Shown here one piece after another: positions 1 to 26,777 of a stretch of DNA of 64,000 bases. The DNA comes from Hormiphora californensis (lineage: Eukaryota; Animalia; Ctenophora): positions 4,092,001 to 4,156,000 of the forward strand of contig CM035350.1 of assembly GCA_020137815.1 (NCBI GenBank), written 5' to 3'. Position 1 is the stretch's first letter. Every line of letters begins with the position of its first letter. The translations under genes and the position numbers were made by a program. The notes beneath the pieces were generated by a model, which saw only the letters and a list, made by a program, of their open reading frames with translations, had not been told where the DNA came from and ran no database searches.

Positions 1-45
1 TTCTAACTCCTAATATATATTTTCTACTCCACCGAACCCCTTCAG

Positions 46-1270
46 GAAAGAACCTGCGTAAGACAAACAACTGGAAGCGTCTCCTAGCCGTCTGCACTGC
101 TGACAAAATCATGCTGTATGACAGTGAGGCAGATAAAATCAACCGAACATACTCGCTCTCCATCGATATCTCCAAGATCACCAGTGTAACATCTCTGGAG
201 CAGGGGACATTGTGGAGAATCAGTGCTAGTAGTGTTCCTCGGCTGTTGAAGATCAATTACAACAGTAAGGATGCACCAGCACCGGAACTGGATGTGTCAC
301 TGGTAAGTCTTGCTTTCAGGAACCGACCGAATCAGGAAATACTGGTCCCCGATTGGCTGATAACCAGTTACGTGACCTAAATAACGAGTTCTGATTGGTT
401 GTTTACTTGTTTCAGTCGGTTCCTGCTTAGAATACAACAAACCATTGCCCGATCATCACACTAATACACCTTCTCCCACTAGACGAGTTGCAATGGAACT
501 GAGTTCAATGGTCACCACTTCATGGCCCTACCCATTGCTGATCCCCAATGGAACTGCTATGTGTGCGCCAAACGACTCAAGAGCTTCCTCAAAACTGAAG
601 CCTACGAGTGTCAACGTTAGTCCCAAGAATATAATCCCCCGAGCGGGGGGGGGGGGGGGCTTTTTATGTAGTTTAGGTGCTGTATTGCAACCTCGTAGTG
701 TCACCCACCCTGTCACCCTGTAACACCCCCTCCGCCAGGTTGCCATATCAAGGTGCACAAGAACCACGTGGAGCAAGAAGAGAGGAACCTGGTGGCATGT
801 ACCAGCGGCAGTAGGACTCTCATCCTCCTAGCTGATGATGTGAAAACCAAACAAACGTGGGAGGAAAGACTTAATCGGTCAATCAAACCTGTAAGATAAT
901 CTTTATGTTTATATTAGGATACATTTCAGGATTGGTCCCGGGTAGAATGTAGTCTATGCATCAATATGTTAATGTGTCGTTAACCACCTCCATTTTATCA
1001 GGCTGTCCCTGGCGCATCTTCAGTGGAGTCTAAAGTGTCCCCCAGGTATGCCCTCATTAACCCTCATTAACCCAACTATGATCTCTACTAAGATCAGTGT
1101 GAGAGAGAGCGAGTGTGTGCATGACCCTTCCATTGATATTCAGGGTAGCCCCCGGTACTTCCCAAAGTATGCCCAGCTTACTGCGGGCACCCTCCTCCGC
1201 GACCCGTGGAGGTGGTGCAGGTCCCATTCCTGAGTTGGCCCCAGGAGGACACACTTGTGTCATCCTTTGA
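46..1270 (+). CDS. ROCK: Rho-associated kinase (ROCK), 3' exons: split PH domain with inserted C1 domain and C-terminal tail; 5' part lies outside the window
   Basis: Phase-compatible GT-AG exons 46-302, 483-614, 739-890, 1002-1045 and 1144-1270. They encode KIMLYDSEADK...IDISKI...VPRLLKINY (ROCK PH), GHHF...CYVC...ECQRCHIKVHKNH...C (C1) and LILLADDVKTKQTWEERL, ending ...GGHTCVIL*. Confidence 0.85.
317..425. mobile_element. ~109-bp MITE-like element in a ROCK intron
   Basis: 11-bp terminal inverted repeats CAGGAACCGAC (317-327) and GTCGGTTCCTG (415-425). It translates as RNRPNQEILVPDWLITSYVT, which I recall as a pervasive repeat in Pleurobrachia gene models. Confidence 0.7.
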
Positions 1271-3662
1271 GATATTGTGAGATATTAGCTGCTGTGCAGC
1301 AGGGTAAGGTGATGAGGGTGTGTGTGAAGTGTAGTGTGTTGTAGGTTATATCTCCATATATGGGCACAAATGCTCTGTTTTCTTCCATATATGGACTTAT
1401 GCTTTAAATGTGGTTAAATGCTCCCTACCATATATGGTATGTTATTCTACCAGGCGAGACCGGGCGTATACTGTCAGTTCGCTTCTACAGGACGTTCTAA
1501 CCGCCATATAACACAGTGTTAATCTCAATTTGAGGGTATACAATATATCCGTGTGTGTCCAGTAATATATTATATCGTAATTGGAAGATCTTGGATGACC
1601 CCATCTTCTGTGATTGTGATTGTTAATGTGAATGTCTAAGTCAAGATACACTGTAATGTACACTTGAATCAATATATTATGTTATCACGTGCTCCCTCTC
1701 TCTCCCTTTGTAGCCAGGAGTAATAGATAACTACTACCCTGTGCAGTAGTGAGAGGTGAGGGTGAGGTTTGCATGGTGTGACGTGTGTGTGTGTGTGACG
1801 TGTGTGATGATGCAGCACGGGATTCCCCCTCTCCCGATCCCAGACCTAATTTCCCCGGATCCCCTCCCGCAACTTCCCCCGGCCCCAATTTATCCAACCC
1901 TGGTCCTTCCCCAATCCCCGCCCACAACTTCTCTACCCTTGAACCCACTTCAGGGCTACCCCCTCCCAGACATCAACGATCGACAGACGGACAGACAGTG
2001 ACAAATCCGAAGCAACAGTAGAAAGTGTGACCGTGACGAACCACACCCTGACGAGCTCTCGGTTTAAGTTTTTCCCAAAGCGAAAGTTTTTAGGCCGACC
2101 GCAAAGTTATTTCCTACTGAACAGTACCCAATCAAAAGCAGCACCAGAGTCCGTTAATACTGTGTTGAGTGATAGCACGTTTACACGAACTCAAACTACG
2201 ACAAACTGTTTTAGAAGGCCTTCCCTTCTATCGTGTGCCTCATGTAGCACCACTAACAGTAGCCCGGAAGCAGAGGACAGGACAGACCGAATTGTAGCTT
2301 TCAGACAGACCCCTGACAGAAAGAGCCACACCCCCTCAATAAGTGTAGTTCCCGGTTCGGCTGTTAAACTCGACTGAACCCCACTCTCTCAGAACCCTAC
2401 CAAGACAACATTCAACATCGGATAAAGCCGGAGGGGGAGGAATATTCCGGAGGCATAGCGAGAGGCCGGTCGGAAGTGCGGCTAAAAGTGGCCGAAATAA
2501 GAATGAGATAAGAGTCGTACCGGATAGTGCCGTTTTACCCGTTACTATGAACGTTAGTCTGCTGTCTGAGAGACCAGATCCAAGCTAGTGATACTATCTC
2601 TCTCTCGCTCTTAATTTAACTCAAATTTTAAGTATTTATTTCTTAGAAACTACGAACCCGAAAATGAACATTCCTAAATCTCTGCAATTTTTTCATGATC
2701 ATGATTTATTAAGAACTTTAATTGGTTTTAGACTCAATCATCTCTTGACATGGACATGTATATGTAGGGATATAATAATGAAGAGATTTATTCGAGGGTT
2801 AACCTTTCTTTCTTTTTTTTTCAAAAAAGAGAATTTTAGGACATTTTTAGGGTTTGCAATTTATTATGTTTCAGCTTATATCTACAGGAACAAACAGTGT
2901 TAGAGTTACAAAAACAACAAGATATACTATTTTGCACAAACATCAAGTTCTGTAAATAGTAAATGCAGCTTCAAACTGCTCCTATCCCGGGGGGTGAGGG
3001 ATCCTTATCTGTTCCCCACAATGTTCCCCCAATCGTGTATTTATTAAGAGGTATTTGTAGTGTGTTTAAATACTCGGGGAAAAGAGTGTAGAAAATGAAG
3101 AGCAATTAATCTTGCGAGCTAAGAGCAGCGATTCGGCATTTTTTAAGTTGATGTGTGTGTGGTAGCTTTTTTTGTAATACACGTATCACCATAAATTGAC
3201 TTTTGTACCAAGTTGTTATTATGTAAATTTCTATCCATTTTTATAAAGAACTAGTAAAGTAACGAAGTGTAAACGTTTTGAATGGTGTGGCTGGGATACC
3301 CGGAAATCTGGGTGATAAGAGGACGCCAGACGATGAAAAATTGGCACGCGCAAAGAAAGCGCGCGCTTAACTTAAAGTCTCGGCGCGCGCGAGATAAAAG
3401 CTCTGCTCTGAAATTTTATTTAAGATTTGGAACTTTCAAAAAAGTTTCAGAACACCTCAACAAAGTTTTGTGAAAAAAAGGAGTTCAAACGACAGACATG
3501 GATCCGTGAAGTTGCTATGAATACTGAATAGCTGAATTTGTAGGCGTGGGCTTTCCTAGGGCAAAGCTTTTTGTTTATAATTTCTTTTTTGGGGCGAAAC
3601 AAAGTCTTGAGACGCCTCTCGATGACAATCCAGCTTTTCTTAATGTTTTTTACTTTAGTGGC

Positions 3663-6600
3663 ATGGGTAAAGGAAAACCTGCCAAGGTCCCCCGTGGAGC
3701 CAAGAAACGGGATTCATCAAAATCTGAACTAAACACGGAGTCCGATTACATTCCAGAGCCAATTCTTTACAATGACGAAGAGCGGACTATTGCAGCAGTT
3801 GTTTATCTCTTCTCAGCGGGGCTCTATTCCTACACAATGTACCCTGGTCTACCGGGTGGTGACTCTGGGGAGCTGATGGCAACTGCAAAGGATTTTGGTG
3901 TTTCCCACCCGCCCGGGTACCCTCTTTTCACCACAATGGCGGCCCTTATGATTAACCTCTTCCCAGTGGGCAACACAGCGTGGAAGTTGAATCTCATGTC
4001 TTCTTTGATTGGGGCGGGAACTAACTTTCTTGTGTACTTGAACGTCAAGAGGCTGACAAAGAGCGATGCGGGTGGAGTTCTAGCAGCTGGATGGTGCGGT
4101 TTTAGTAGGATCTTCTGGATGTGGAACATACAGGGTGAAGTATTTAGTTTGGTAAGTAGCGACAGATAATAGATATTATATGCATTATAGGTGTCTCAAC
4201 TATCATCATATCGGGGGAGTTCCATATTTTCTAACTAACCTTTCCAATTTCAGAGTAACTTCTTTGCTGCATCTATCATGTACGTCGTTTGGAGGTTTTC
4301 CAATACAGAGACAAAGGCTGGAAAATTAGCTGAGGCAAAGATCGGAGCATTAGTGTGTGGCCTGGCTCTAACAAACCAGCACACTTCCGTGCTTTTCATT
4401 GCACCTACTGCACTATGGGTAAGCCCGGCTTGAACAATAATTAGAGATCTTATCAGGGATATATACTGTATGTTCATACCAACACTACTCTTAGGTACTT
4501 TACACCCTGATAGCATGGGACGTGGCCCAAGTTGAAAACCTACTAAAAGTCGGCTTCCACGGTCTCGCTGGACTTATCCCGTACATCCAACTCCCGATAT
4601 CGTCTTTCTTTTTTAAGGCCCGGGTCTCCTGGGGTGATCACCGGCTCTTCTCCGACTTCAAGAAACATCTCCTGCGAGAAGATTTCGGGACGTTCCGTCT
4701 TGTCAGCAGTTCGGAGCAGTCAACGCTCTGGGATAATGTCATGGTGTACTTCAACGACACTCGAAACGAAATGACAGTTATAGTTTGGATTCTGTTCTTT
4801 GCTGGCGTTGCCATGGCTGTTTCCATGGGTAACAGACAGCAACGAGAAACCACCCTGGTATACCTGGCCATGATTTCAACTTACTTTGCTGTTTTTGGAT
4901 CACTAGCTAACATTAAGAACCCAACTGGTAAGTTATGGAAACTTCCCCTACGCCCTCATTAGAAGTTATTAAGGAGGGGACATTAGCATGATACACGAAA
5001 CCCAAATAGTGATCCCGGAATCCCCTACTAGCAGTAGATTTTAAAATACCGCTATTATTATCAAGATTTTACAATTCCCTCCAGGTATTTTCCACGGTGT
5101 TTTGGAGCGGTTCTGGTTGCAGCCCAGTGTGTGTTTGAGTACGGTGGCGGGTGTGGCAGCGGGTATGACATTTACCCAGGTGAAGGAGCGGCTAAACTGC
5201 CCTGCTCTTCGTTTCATCTTCCTTTCCCTGGCAGCTGCAGCAGTAGCCTACCAGGTACGTGTTTAGATCTGATGCTTGGTGTTTGTTTTCAAGACACAAT
5301 TCAACTATTGGTTACTATTGGAGAAGTGGCTGTACAAGTACTTCTGTTCAGGTGCAGCACAATTGGACTGACTGTAATGAGAATGATAATTATTATTTCT
5401 GGCAGTACTCCAGGCACATCCTCCCCCATCTGCCAAAACGAAGTATCCTCCTGACTTCAGGGGACTTTAGTACAAATACCTTCAGATACCACACCATTGG
5501 TAAGTCCCTCTTCACCACACCCCATCACCACCCTAAAGTAACTCCATCGTCCGAACAGCACTGCCAATTTGAAGAAATGTTCGGTTGCCATAGTAGCATG
5601 CAACAAATTTTAATTGTGTGTAAATCTTTTCATCCGCTTTACTCTCTCCTTCCTGTATTGGTGGATTTAGTGTAATTGAATAACTGCGGCAAACTGCAAG
5701 TTGCTGATACAAAGTTATTGTCTATCTTCCTAACTATCTTCTTCCTGCACTAACTCTCCCTTAAATGTACTTGTTTCTTCCCCAGTAGCAACATTTATAG
5801 ATCTCAATATATAATAAATCATGTGTCTCTCCATCCCCCATTCCAACCCCCAATTTCATTGTTCATTTCATTGTTCATATTATTGGTGAAAAAACACACA
5901 ATTTCGCACTTCACAGGAGAAGAGTACAGGACAGACGTGATGGTGATGGACATGCAGTTTATGCAGGCCTACTGGTTCTACATCTGCCTCATGCCCATTA
6001 ACTGGCCTGATGTCTCCTTCCCTGGACTCTACAAACCCGGAAGAGAGAGCCAGTACCCCTTTTACAACTTGAAAACGTTCCTCGATCACAACTTTGATAA
6101 ATTCCCTACGTACATGTGTGTGTCAGTACCAGATGCGGAGAATAGCATTGAGGGGTATTATGAGGCGTGGCCCTTCGGCATGTGCAAGAAGTTTGTGAGG
6201 GTGTCCGATAATCAGGATCCAATGGACCATCTTGACAACGGAATGCCCATGGTGAGTTAAATTACCTACCAGATGCACCTTCGTACAATGTTATCCTTAG
6301 GGCGCTGGCAAGCACAAAGGTTACCATACATTGTGTTTAGAGTTGAGACGGGTTGAGACTATGATCGACAATACATATTCCACTCTACCCCTTTCCTTTA
6401 GCACCATTTTCCAACATAGCATATAAACAGTTATGACATCCATTTTTTCCCAGATTGATTTGGACGAGTATGAACTGCCTGACCCTGATCGGTATGAACC
6501 CCAGACTTGGGAATACACTATGATGATGAGTATGTTGGAGACCTATGCTAAACCTAGTATTTGGATATGGGGCAAAGCTAACAAGCTAAAGTAAGTGGTG

Positions 6601-7189
6601 GGCCGGATAGTATAGTGTGATTTAGTGGGTCAGATATGTGGGGGGAGGGGGTAGGGGTAGGAGGAGGAAGGATTAAAGAACTAAACCACTGGGCATTGGG
6701 GCGTTTAAACTGAATGTCGCGGCTATCTTGCTCTTTTTTTCTCGCTCAACCCCCTCTCTCGCTCAGAGATAATCCAACACTACGATTCAAGTACTACCGG
6801 AAGGCGTACGATATGCTAGTCAAGAACAGGGCATACATTCACGGCCGAGTCGCTGAAGGAAAACTAAACCCCAACATCGTAATTATATTTTTCTCAATCA
6901 ATTTATTTTATACAGTTATTACACGAATTGAACAACTTGGTAATTTTCATCGCTTTTCCAGGTTTATTATGTTGCTCATATGGAAAAACAAATTGGACAT
7001 TTGGCTCTTATCCTCTACTCCCTATCTAAGGAGCCTGATGATAAGAAGGTCCTAAAGGAATCCCTTCTGTTCCACTGGAAGAATTACGTTGCCTGGCAAC
7101 GGGACACCATATCACCACGTGACAATCTGTGGGATACTGTCCAGGCTATACTTGCAAAACCTGAGCTCGATCATATCCGAGTGACGTAA
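3663..7189 (+). CDS. TMEM260: TMEM260-like protein O-mannosyltransferase, multi-exon
   Basis: Motifs YPGLPGGDSGELM...GVSHPPGYPLF, QGEVFSL, GLALTNQHTS, SWGDH...HLLREDFGTFRL and GVLERFWLQP, spread over about 9 GT-AG exons. ATG at 3663, stop at 7189. Confidence 0.88.
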
Positions 7190-7733
7190 TAAGACAATCT
7201 CCTTTATTATAATCCTCCTCCAAACTAAGTTATGAAGTTATAAAAAGTAAATTAGGACGTGGTATATTCAGTTATATATGCGGGGAGTTTAGTGTTTAGA
7301 ACGATATTATATGAAGTTTTGAACATAATTTAGCAGTTTATACCAAGTGTTTGTGATGTGTTTATATTAACAAAGTTGAGTGTTTTTAGTGCGTGAACGT
7401 TGTGTAAAAAAACTTCTTTTTCAGACTATTATCTCTTATTATTATCTCTTATTATTACTTACATTTCAGAGCTAACCTAACTCTCGTGTGTTTTTGTGTT
7501 TTGTTATTTGTTTAGTACTTTAGCTCTCTCTGTGTGTGCTCTCTCAGATAAACCAAGTTATTATATTGTGCTACCCTATGTAAACTTTACTACTTGACTA
7601 CCTGAATCAAACGTGTTTAATTCTTATCATAATTATCAGTCCGTGTCGCATGACCCCCGGCATGTTATAATTACACATTTCTATCTGCCAGTATGTTGGG
7701 TATGTGATCTGGAGAGTTAATAAATCTTGAAAC

Positions 7734-10297
7734 ATGAACAGATTCCGATGTATCCGTAGATTCTATTCAACTGCCCCGCCTATACTATCAAAGGTAAAAT
7801 TATACTTCAACTATTGACTCCCCAAAGCACGACATTTCTCCAAGATTTAATCCCAGCCACGGAACCCCAATATTCATCTACCCATGCTCTATCACAGGTA
7901 CGGCAGAATGCCCAATTCAAAGATAACGCTGCAGCTATGCAGACCTTGGTGGATGATCTCCGAGCCAAGGTATCTGCTATCTCCCTCGGAGGAGACGAGA
8001 AAGCACGGGAACGCCACCTTAGTAAGGGCAAACTTCTACCCCGGGATCGGATAGCAACTGTGCTGGATCCTGGTAGTCCCTTCTTGGAACTCAGCCAGAT
8101 GGCAGGGTACAAACTCCAAAAAGATGAGGTCAACGCTGCTGGAATTATAACCGGTATTGGCCGCATTTCGGGACGAGAATGTATGATTGTCGCTAACGAT
8201 GCTACCGTAAAGGGTGGAACATACTACCCAATAACGGTTAAGAAGCACGTGCGGGCTCAGGAGATTGCAACGGAGAACCGATTACCGTGTGTCTATCTTG
8301 TAGATTCGGGTGGTGCGAACCTTCCTAACCAAGCTGAGGTAGGCGAGTAGGAACTACTTGATATCAAACTAATCAACCCTTCTCCTCTCTATTATTCTCT
8401 TTCAATTCACATCTCTCTCCATGACATTGTATCTCTCTAGGTGTTCCCAGATAGAGATCACTTTGGACGGATATTCTTCAATCAGGCGAACATGTCTTCC
8501 AAGGGTATCGCCCAGATAGCAGTCGTTATGGGGAGCTGCACAGCGGGGGGCGCTTATGTACCTGCCATGGCAGACGAGGCCATCATTGTAAAGGAACAAG
8601 GTAGGTAGGGGGGCTTACAGCTGGTAGGTAGGGGACCAGTACAGCTGGTCCAGTACTAGTTGTGAGATAGCTCAACTACAACAAGTTCCCCCTCCCCCAG
8701 GTACAATATTCCTGGGTGGACCCCCTATCTCACATACCCCCCCTCTCTCAGGTACAATATTCCTGGGTGGACCCCCTATCTCACACACCCCCTCCAGGTA
8801 CAATATTCCTGGGTGGACCCCCTATCACACACACCCCCCCCCCCCTCCAGGTACAATATTCCTGGGTGGACCCCCTATCACACACCCCCCCCTCCAGGTA
8901 CAATATTCCTGGGTGGACCCCCTCTCTCACCCCACTCCCTCTCTCAGGTACAATATTCCTGGGTGGACCCCCTCTGGTAAAGGCGGCTACTGGCGAGGAA
9001 GTTCCCGCCGAAGAGTTGGGTGGTGGCCAGATGCACTGCTCCAAGTCTGGGGTAACTGACTACTTGGCAGTAGATGACACCCACGCCCTTCACACTGCAC
9101 GGAACATAGTCAACCAGCTCCACCTACCGGAGCCCCATACCCTGAACATGCAGGAGACAGAGGCACCTCTGTATGATACCACGGAGCTAGGTGGTATTGT
9201 GGGCACAGACCTGACACGACCATTCGATATGCGAGAGGTACATATTAACAGATATATCATGTTGGGGGAGAGAACTGTAATAAGTAAGGCAGAAAGCTGC
9301 CAGAGGGATGGGGGTCGACGGGTTTTTTGGGGATAATAGTCAACAATACTTAACAATCTAGATTCCATTACCCCCCCCCCCCTCCAGGTGATAGCTCGTA
9401 TTGTTGATGGATCCCGGTTCTCTGAGTTTAAAGAACGCTACGGTCCCACCCTGGTTACCGGGTTTTCCCATATCCACGGGATGCCAGTGGGGATAGTCGC
9501 TAACAATGGTATCTTGTATAGCGAGAGCGCCCTCAAGGGATCCCACTTTATCCAATTGTGCTGTCAGAGAAAGATACCACTTCTGTTCTTCCAGAATATT
9601 ACCGGTTTCATGGTCGGAAAGGTAGGAGGTCATTCTTGATTCATTAGCATTATATCGGGTTATTACGTAATCACAAGTCGTGGTTTAGTTTTGAAATTCC
9701 CGGCAATAGTTTCTACTAACCCCCCGTCTATCAGGAGTACGAGGCGGGCGGCATTGCCAAGAACGGTGCCAAACTTGTGACGGCTGTTGCGTGTGCCAAA
9801 GTCCCCAAGATAACTGTCATAATGGGTGGCAGTTTTGGGGCGGGAAACTATGGGCATGTGTGGACGTGCTTATAGCCCCCGATTCCTCTACATGTGGCCC
9901 AACGCGAGGATTAGTGTGATGGGAGGAAAACAAGCTGCCAGTGTCCTCTGTCAGATCAGCCGGGACAAGTTCGAGAGAGCAGGTGAGCTGATGATCTGCG
10001 TATTATAATAATAAATAATCATCCTGTATTTTTCTTATCCACTTCACACTATTTCACTTTTCGTTAATTTCTTTCCGCCCTCCAGGAATGAAATGGTCGG
10101 ATGAGATGGAGGAGCAGATTAGAAAACCAGTGGAGGCAGGTTTTGAAAAGGAGGGACACCCTTACTACGCATCTGCTAGACTCTGGGATGATGGAATTAT
10201 CGATCCGGCCGATACACGAAATGTTCTTGGATTGAGTCTCTCCGCTACCCTAAATGCACCAATTCCTGAGACACCGTTTGGAGTTTTCCGAATGTGA
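7734..10297 (+). CDS. MCCC2: Methylcrotonoyl-CoA carboxylase beta subunit, mitochondrial
   Basis: Exon 1 (7734-7793) encodes an Arg-rich presequence [20 protein letters not shown]. Later exons give GKLLPRDRI...[60 protein letters not shown] and [11 protein letters not shown]...FGVFRM*. Confidence 0.97.
8690..8973 (+). repeat. Six tandem copies (46-53 bp) of a MCCC2 splice acceptor plus the first 26 nt of the exon
   Basis: CAG|GTACAATATTCCTGGGTGGACCCCCT starts at 8701, 8752, 8798, 8851, 8898 and 8948. Only the last copy continues into the exon. Confidence 0.92.
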
Positions 10298-12318
10298 GAA
10301 AGGGATTTTTTTCTTTTTTTATCTTCAATTTTATAAGCCTTTACTGGTGAGAAAGGGAGAGATGCTGTCAGGTGGTCGAATTGGATGAGAATTTTGTAGG
10401 TGATTGTCGAATGATTTTTTCCTATTTATTCTTTGGTTTGGTTCGATCACGGAATTTTTTCATTCCCTTCCTTTTTGGTATCTCTGATTTAACGCAATCC
10501 TCCTACACCATCAAAAAAAAAAAGACACTCAGAAGCAGTCCTATTAACATTATCTCACGGGCATATCCCTCCCCTCTTCTCTCTCTCTTCTCATCTCTAT
10601 CCCCATCATGCACTCTCTTCCTCCTCTCCCTCTCCTCCCTCCCTGACTCTCTTCTCCCTCTCTCCATCCTCTCCCCTTTTCGTTCCCCTCTCCTTCTCCT
10701 GGCTCCCTCTTCCCTTTCCCCCCCTCACTTCCAAACCTCCCCCCTCTCCTTCCCCTCCTCGCCCTCGCTCTCTCCTCTCTCTACTCTTCCTCTCCTCTCC
10801 TCCTTCTCATCAGAAACCACGATGTCAATCCACCATAATTAACACCAAACAAGCGGAAAAATTCATCGGGGCCCTTTCTCTTGGTCCACTCATTCTCTTG
10901 GGAAGTCCCAAAGGCGCGATCAAATGGGAAACCCCCCAAAAACCCCCGGGGGCCTAGGTCTTTAAAAAGGGGGGGGCCGGGGGGAAATTTTTGGGGGAGG
11001 GGGCCCCCCCCGGGGGGGGCTCCCTTTGGGGAAAAAAAATTTTTTTGGGGGGGGGGGGAAAAAAAGTGCCTGCCCTTGGGCCCGGACAAGTCCCCTTTTA
11101 CTATTTTTTTCCCCCTTTTTTTTATTTCCCGTTTTTTTTAAAAAAAAAAACCTTTTTTCCCCCCCCCCTTTGGGGTTTTTAAAAAAAAAAAATTGGGGGC
11201 TTTTAAAAAACACCTTATCCGCTATTTTCGGGTTTAGGTTATCGTGCCGATCACGAATTTTTTGGTTAGCTTCCGCACCTAATACCTTCCTGAAACGTTT
11301 GGTTCCGTTGGAAAAGGGGTTTTTTTTGTTACGGCCCTTTTTTTGGGCCTTTTTCCCCTTTAACCAAAGAGAAGAAAAGGTCATTTTTCCCGAAATTCCA
11401 TTGTAGGTGTGTTAACACAGGAATGACCTTCTTTTTTCCCCTTTCCCAACTCCTTTTTATGCCCTAATGACCCCCCCTCCCTCAACGACCCCCTAACCCA
11501 TCTCCCAACCAACCCCCTGAAGCACCAAGGGAATCCCCTCACGGTCAAATGTCACCTTTCTCTCTCTCACCTCTTTCACCCAAGACATCACTCAGAAGAA
11601 ATCTAAAAACCCCGAGCTCGAGATGAGAGAAAAACGAAGCAAAACAGAGAGCAAAAAAAAGAGAGCCAAGGGCAGAGGGAAAAAGAAGAGATCAGAAGCG
11701 GGGAAAAGAGTACCCCGAGGTGGGACGCTGAGAGAGATACGATCGATAAGAGAGTCTTCTCCTCCAATTTGGGAGTCTACCAGCTTATGTAATCACTCCC
11801 TCATTACCTTCCCCGGAGTCCTTTTCTCTATTCCTCCCGTAATTTCAGAGGGAACCCCCCGATGTAATGACTCTTCACTACCTTCAAAACGAGGAGTCAC
11901 TTATTTCTCTGCACTTTCTCTTGCTCCGTTGACTACATTGCTCTGTGTCATGACTTCCCCCGATCGCTGTACTGACTCTGTCCTCTCTTCAAAGGGTGGG
12001 TTGTATGTAATTATTAGTTGCCAGTTATCCTGATAGAGAACGGTGGATTTAATTATAAATTATGAGTTTCAACTTCTAGCCTGTATATTCTGCGTGTAAG
12101 GAGTATTGCGGTGGTCCGGAGTGGCGGACAGATGTCTCAAAGCGTTACAAATTATCGAATCTTTGTACACTAGATCCTCTATTACTGTATACAGTCACAC
12201 TAGCTCTCATATTCTAAGAATGCATGCTTGTAAGATTCTACTCCATATATGTTCTCCTCGCTTCCAGCTTGCTTATTACTAGCACCTGTTTAACCTGCTC
12301 TCTCTCTCTCTGTTTCAG

Positions 12319-25054
<12,736 letters not shown>

Positions 25055-26499
25055 ATCCTGGACCGTTTTGTCACAGTAGGCTCAGATGGGGTCAACGTTG
25101 CCGGACAATCTTTAAATCATAATGATGTACCGTAAGACTCTGTACCACTATATTTGTAGAGTGTCACAGTGGTAGCACAAACTAAATACTTCCACTTGAA
25201 GTTCCAGTTCTGTGTGTCCTCTTTCCGAGTTTTACAACCCCCCCCTTTCAGTTTCAACTTCCTGTACCCGAATTCTATTAGTGTCACCCGCCTGCGTTCA
25301 GTAACACTTCACGGCTCAGAGTTTTGTTTATTTTGTGTCCACAAGAGAATTACACGGTCGCTTGTAGTGGGAAAACGGTATTGGAAAACGAAGATACAGT
25401 AAGACGACGCGCAACCGTGACCAATCAGGGCGCTAGTACGTGCTGACACATGAACTTTTTGCCGCGCGTTATGCACCGTGCGCGTCTCCTTACTGTATTT
25501 TGCGTTACCGTATTTTGACTGCAAGCAGCACTGTAATTTTGTACCTTCACTTTGAGAATATATGAGAAACAGTGTTTTTACACAAATGTAAATAGTGTTT
25601 GAAGATGTATTATATGTAACTTATGTTCAGTTTAAATTATCAATTATGTAAAGTTTCTGTTTTATTTCTTGTGCAAACGTGATAGTTGAGCTGAGTCAGG
25701 AGTGTGCATTGTGCAATGTGCAATGTGCATGGCCTAACTGCAATGATTATTGATTATTGATTATTGATTGCGAAACTATAATTTCAAGCTCAGAGTTACA
25801 GCTTCACGCCCTACTGTGGAAGTTCTAGTACCTATGACCAAGGGTGAAGTTTACTGTTTAATATTCCCGCCGTAGAGGAGTACCTGGCAGTAGTACATTG
25901 GCAGGACCGGCTTTGATTTGTGATTACGACGGAAGGCGCGAGAACAATGCAAGTTTTGTGCCGTAAGGATCCGCGCGGCTTTGAACAAGTGCAAGTGGCC
26001 GCGCGAAAAAAACTAAAATTACGTTTTAAATTTTCGCACGCGCATTTTAACTTTTTGTTTTTTTACAATTTTTTTTAAAAATAAAAGCGCTGCCTTAGCC
26101 TGCGGGATTTATGTTGTATTCTTATCCCGCGGGTCAGTAGCATTTGCCAACTCTGAAAACAACAAAACTCGGTTTAGCCTACCCAGAACAACACTGTGAG
26201 AGAAAGAGCGAGAGAGACTCTGAGAGAGAAAGCTGAGAGAGGGAGAGTGAATGGTTGAAATTTGAATTAAAATGGAATGGTGTGGGCAAATATCAATTTA
26301 CAGCCTCCCTTGCACCTCCGGAGATCACCTGAAGAGGTCCCTGGGAGATCTCCCAGCTAGGGGATAACAATAGAAAAACCACCAAAGACGAAATATACTG
26401 CCAACGTGCCCAACCTGTTTTCTACAATTCAGCGTCATGCTTAAAGCATGCTATAAAGACGTTATTCTCCTTATATAGCGAGATTCTATGATTACCTGA

Positions 26500-26777
26500 T
26501 TACCAAGGGACTCCTATAGCGGGTTGGCCTAAGGACTGATGACCGAGCGAGACCTGTTATCGTCACCCTTGAAAGAAGGGAATCCTTGCTGCAGCTTCTT
26601 CGGAAAGCAAAGCAGCTGCAGAGTTCAGAGAAGTTTTCATCCGTTTTTCTCTCTCCCGACCTATCACCAGACGAACAGCGGGAGCGGAAATCTCTTGTTG
26701 ATACTCTGAAAGAACTAAAACGAGATAATCCGAATGGACGTTATTGGATTAGTAAGGGGGTCATTAAATGTGGCTAA
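26500..26777 (+). mobile_element. Decayed LINE ORF1 fragment
   Basis: RVG...RARPVIVTL...LLRKAKQL...VFLSPDLSPDEQRERKSLV...YWISKGVI is typical of the RRM/CTD end of non-LTR ORF1. Frameshifted upstream, and no ORF2 follows. Confidence 0.7.

Noticed and set aside
1450-2570. ORFs 1685-2377 as genes
   Set aside because: No recognisable domain or splice structure. This may be a decayed retroelement end, but I cannot support a call.
10300-11750. ORFs rich in F/P/K/G and long homopolymer runs
   Set aside because: The pattern is that of low-quality consensus or read tails, not coding sequence. A real MORN2 first exon may be hidden near 11660-11719.
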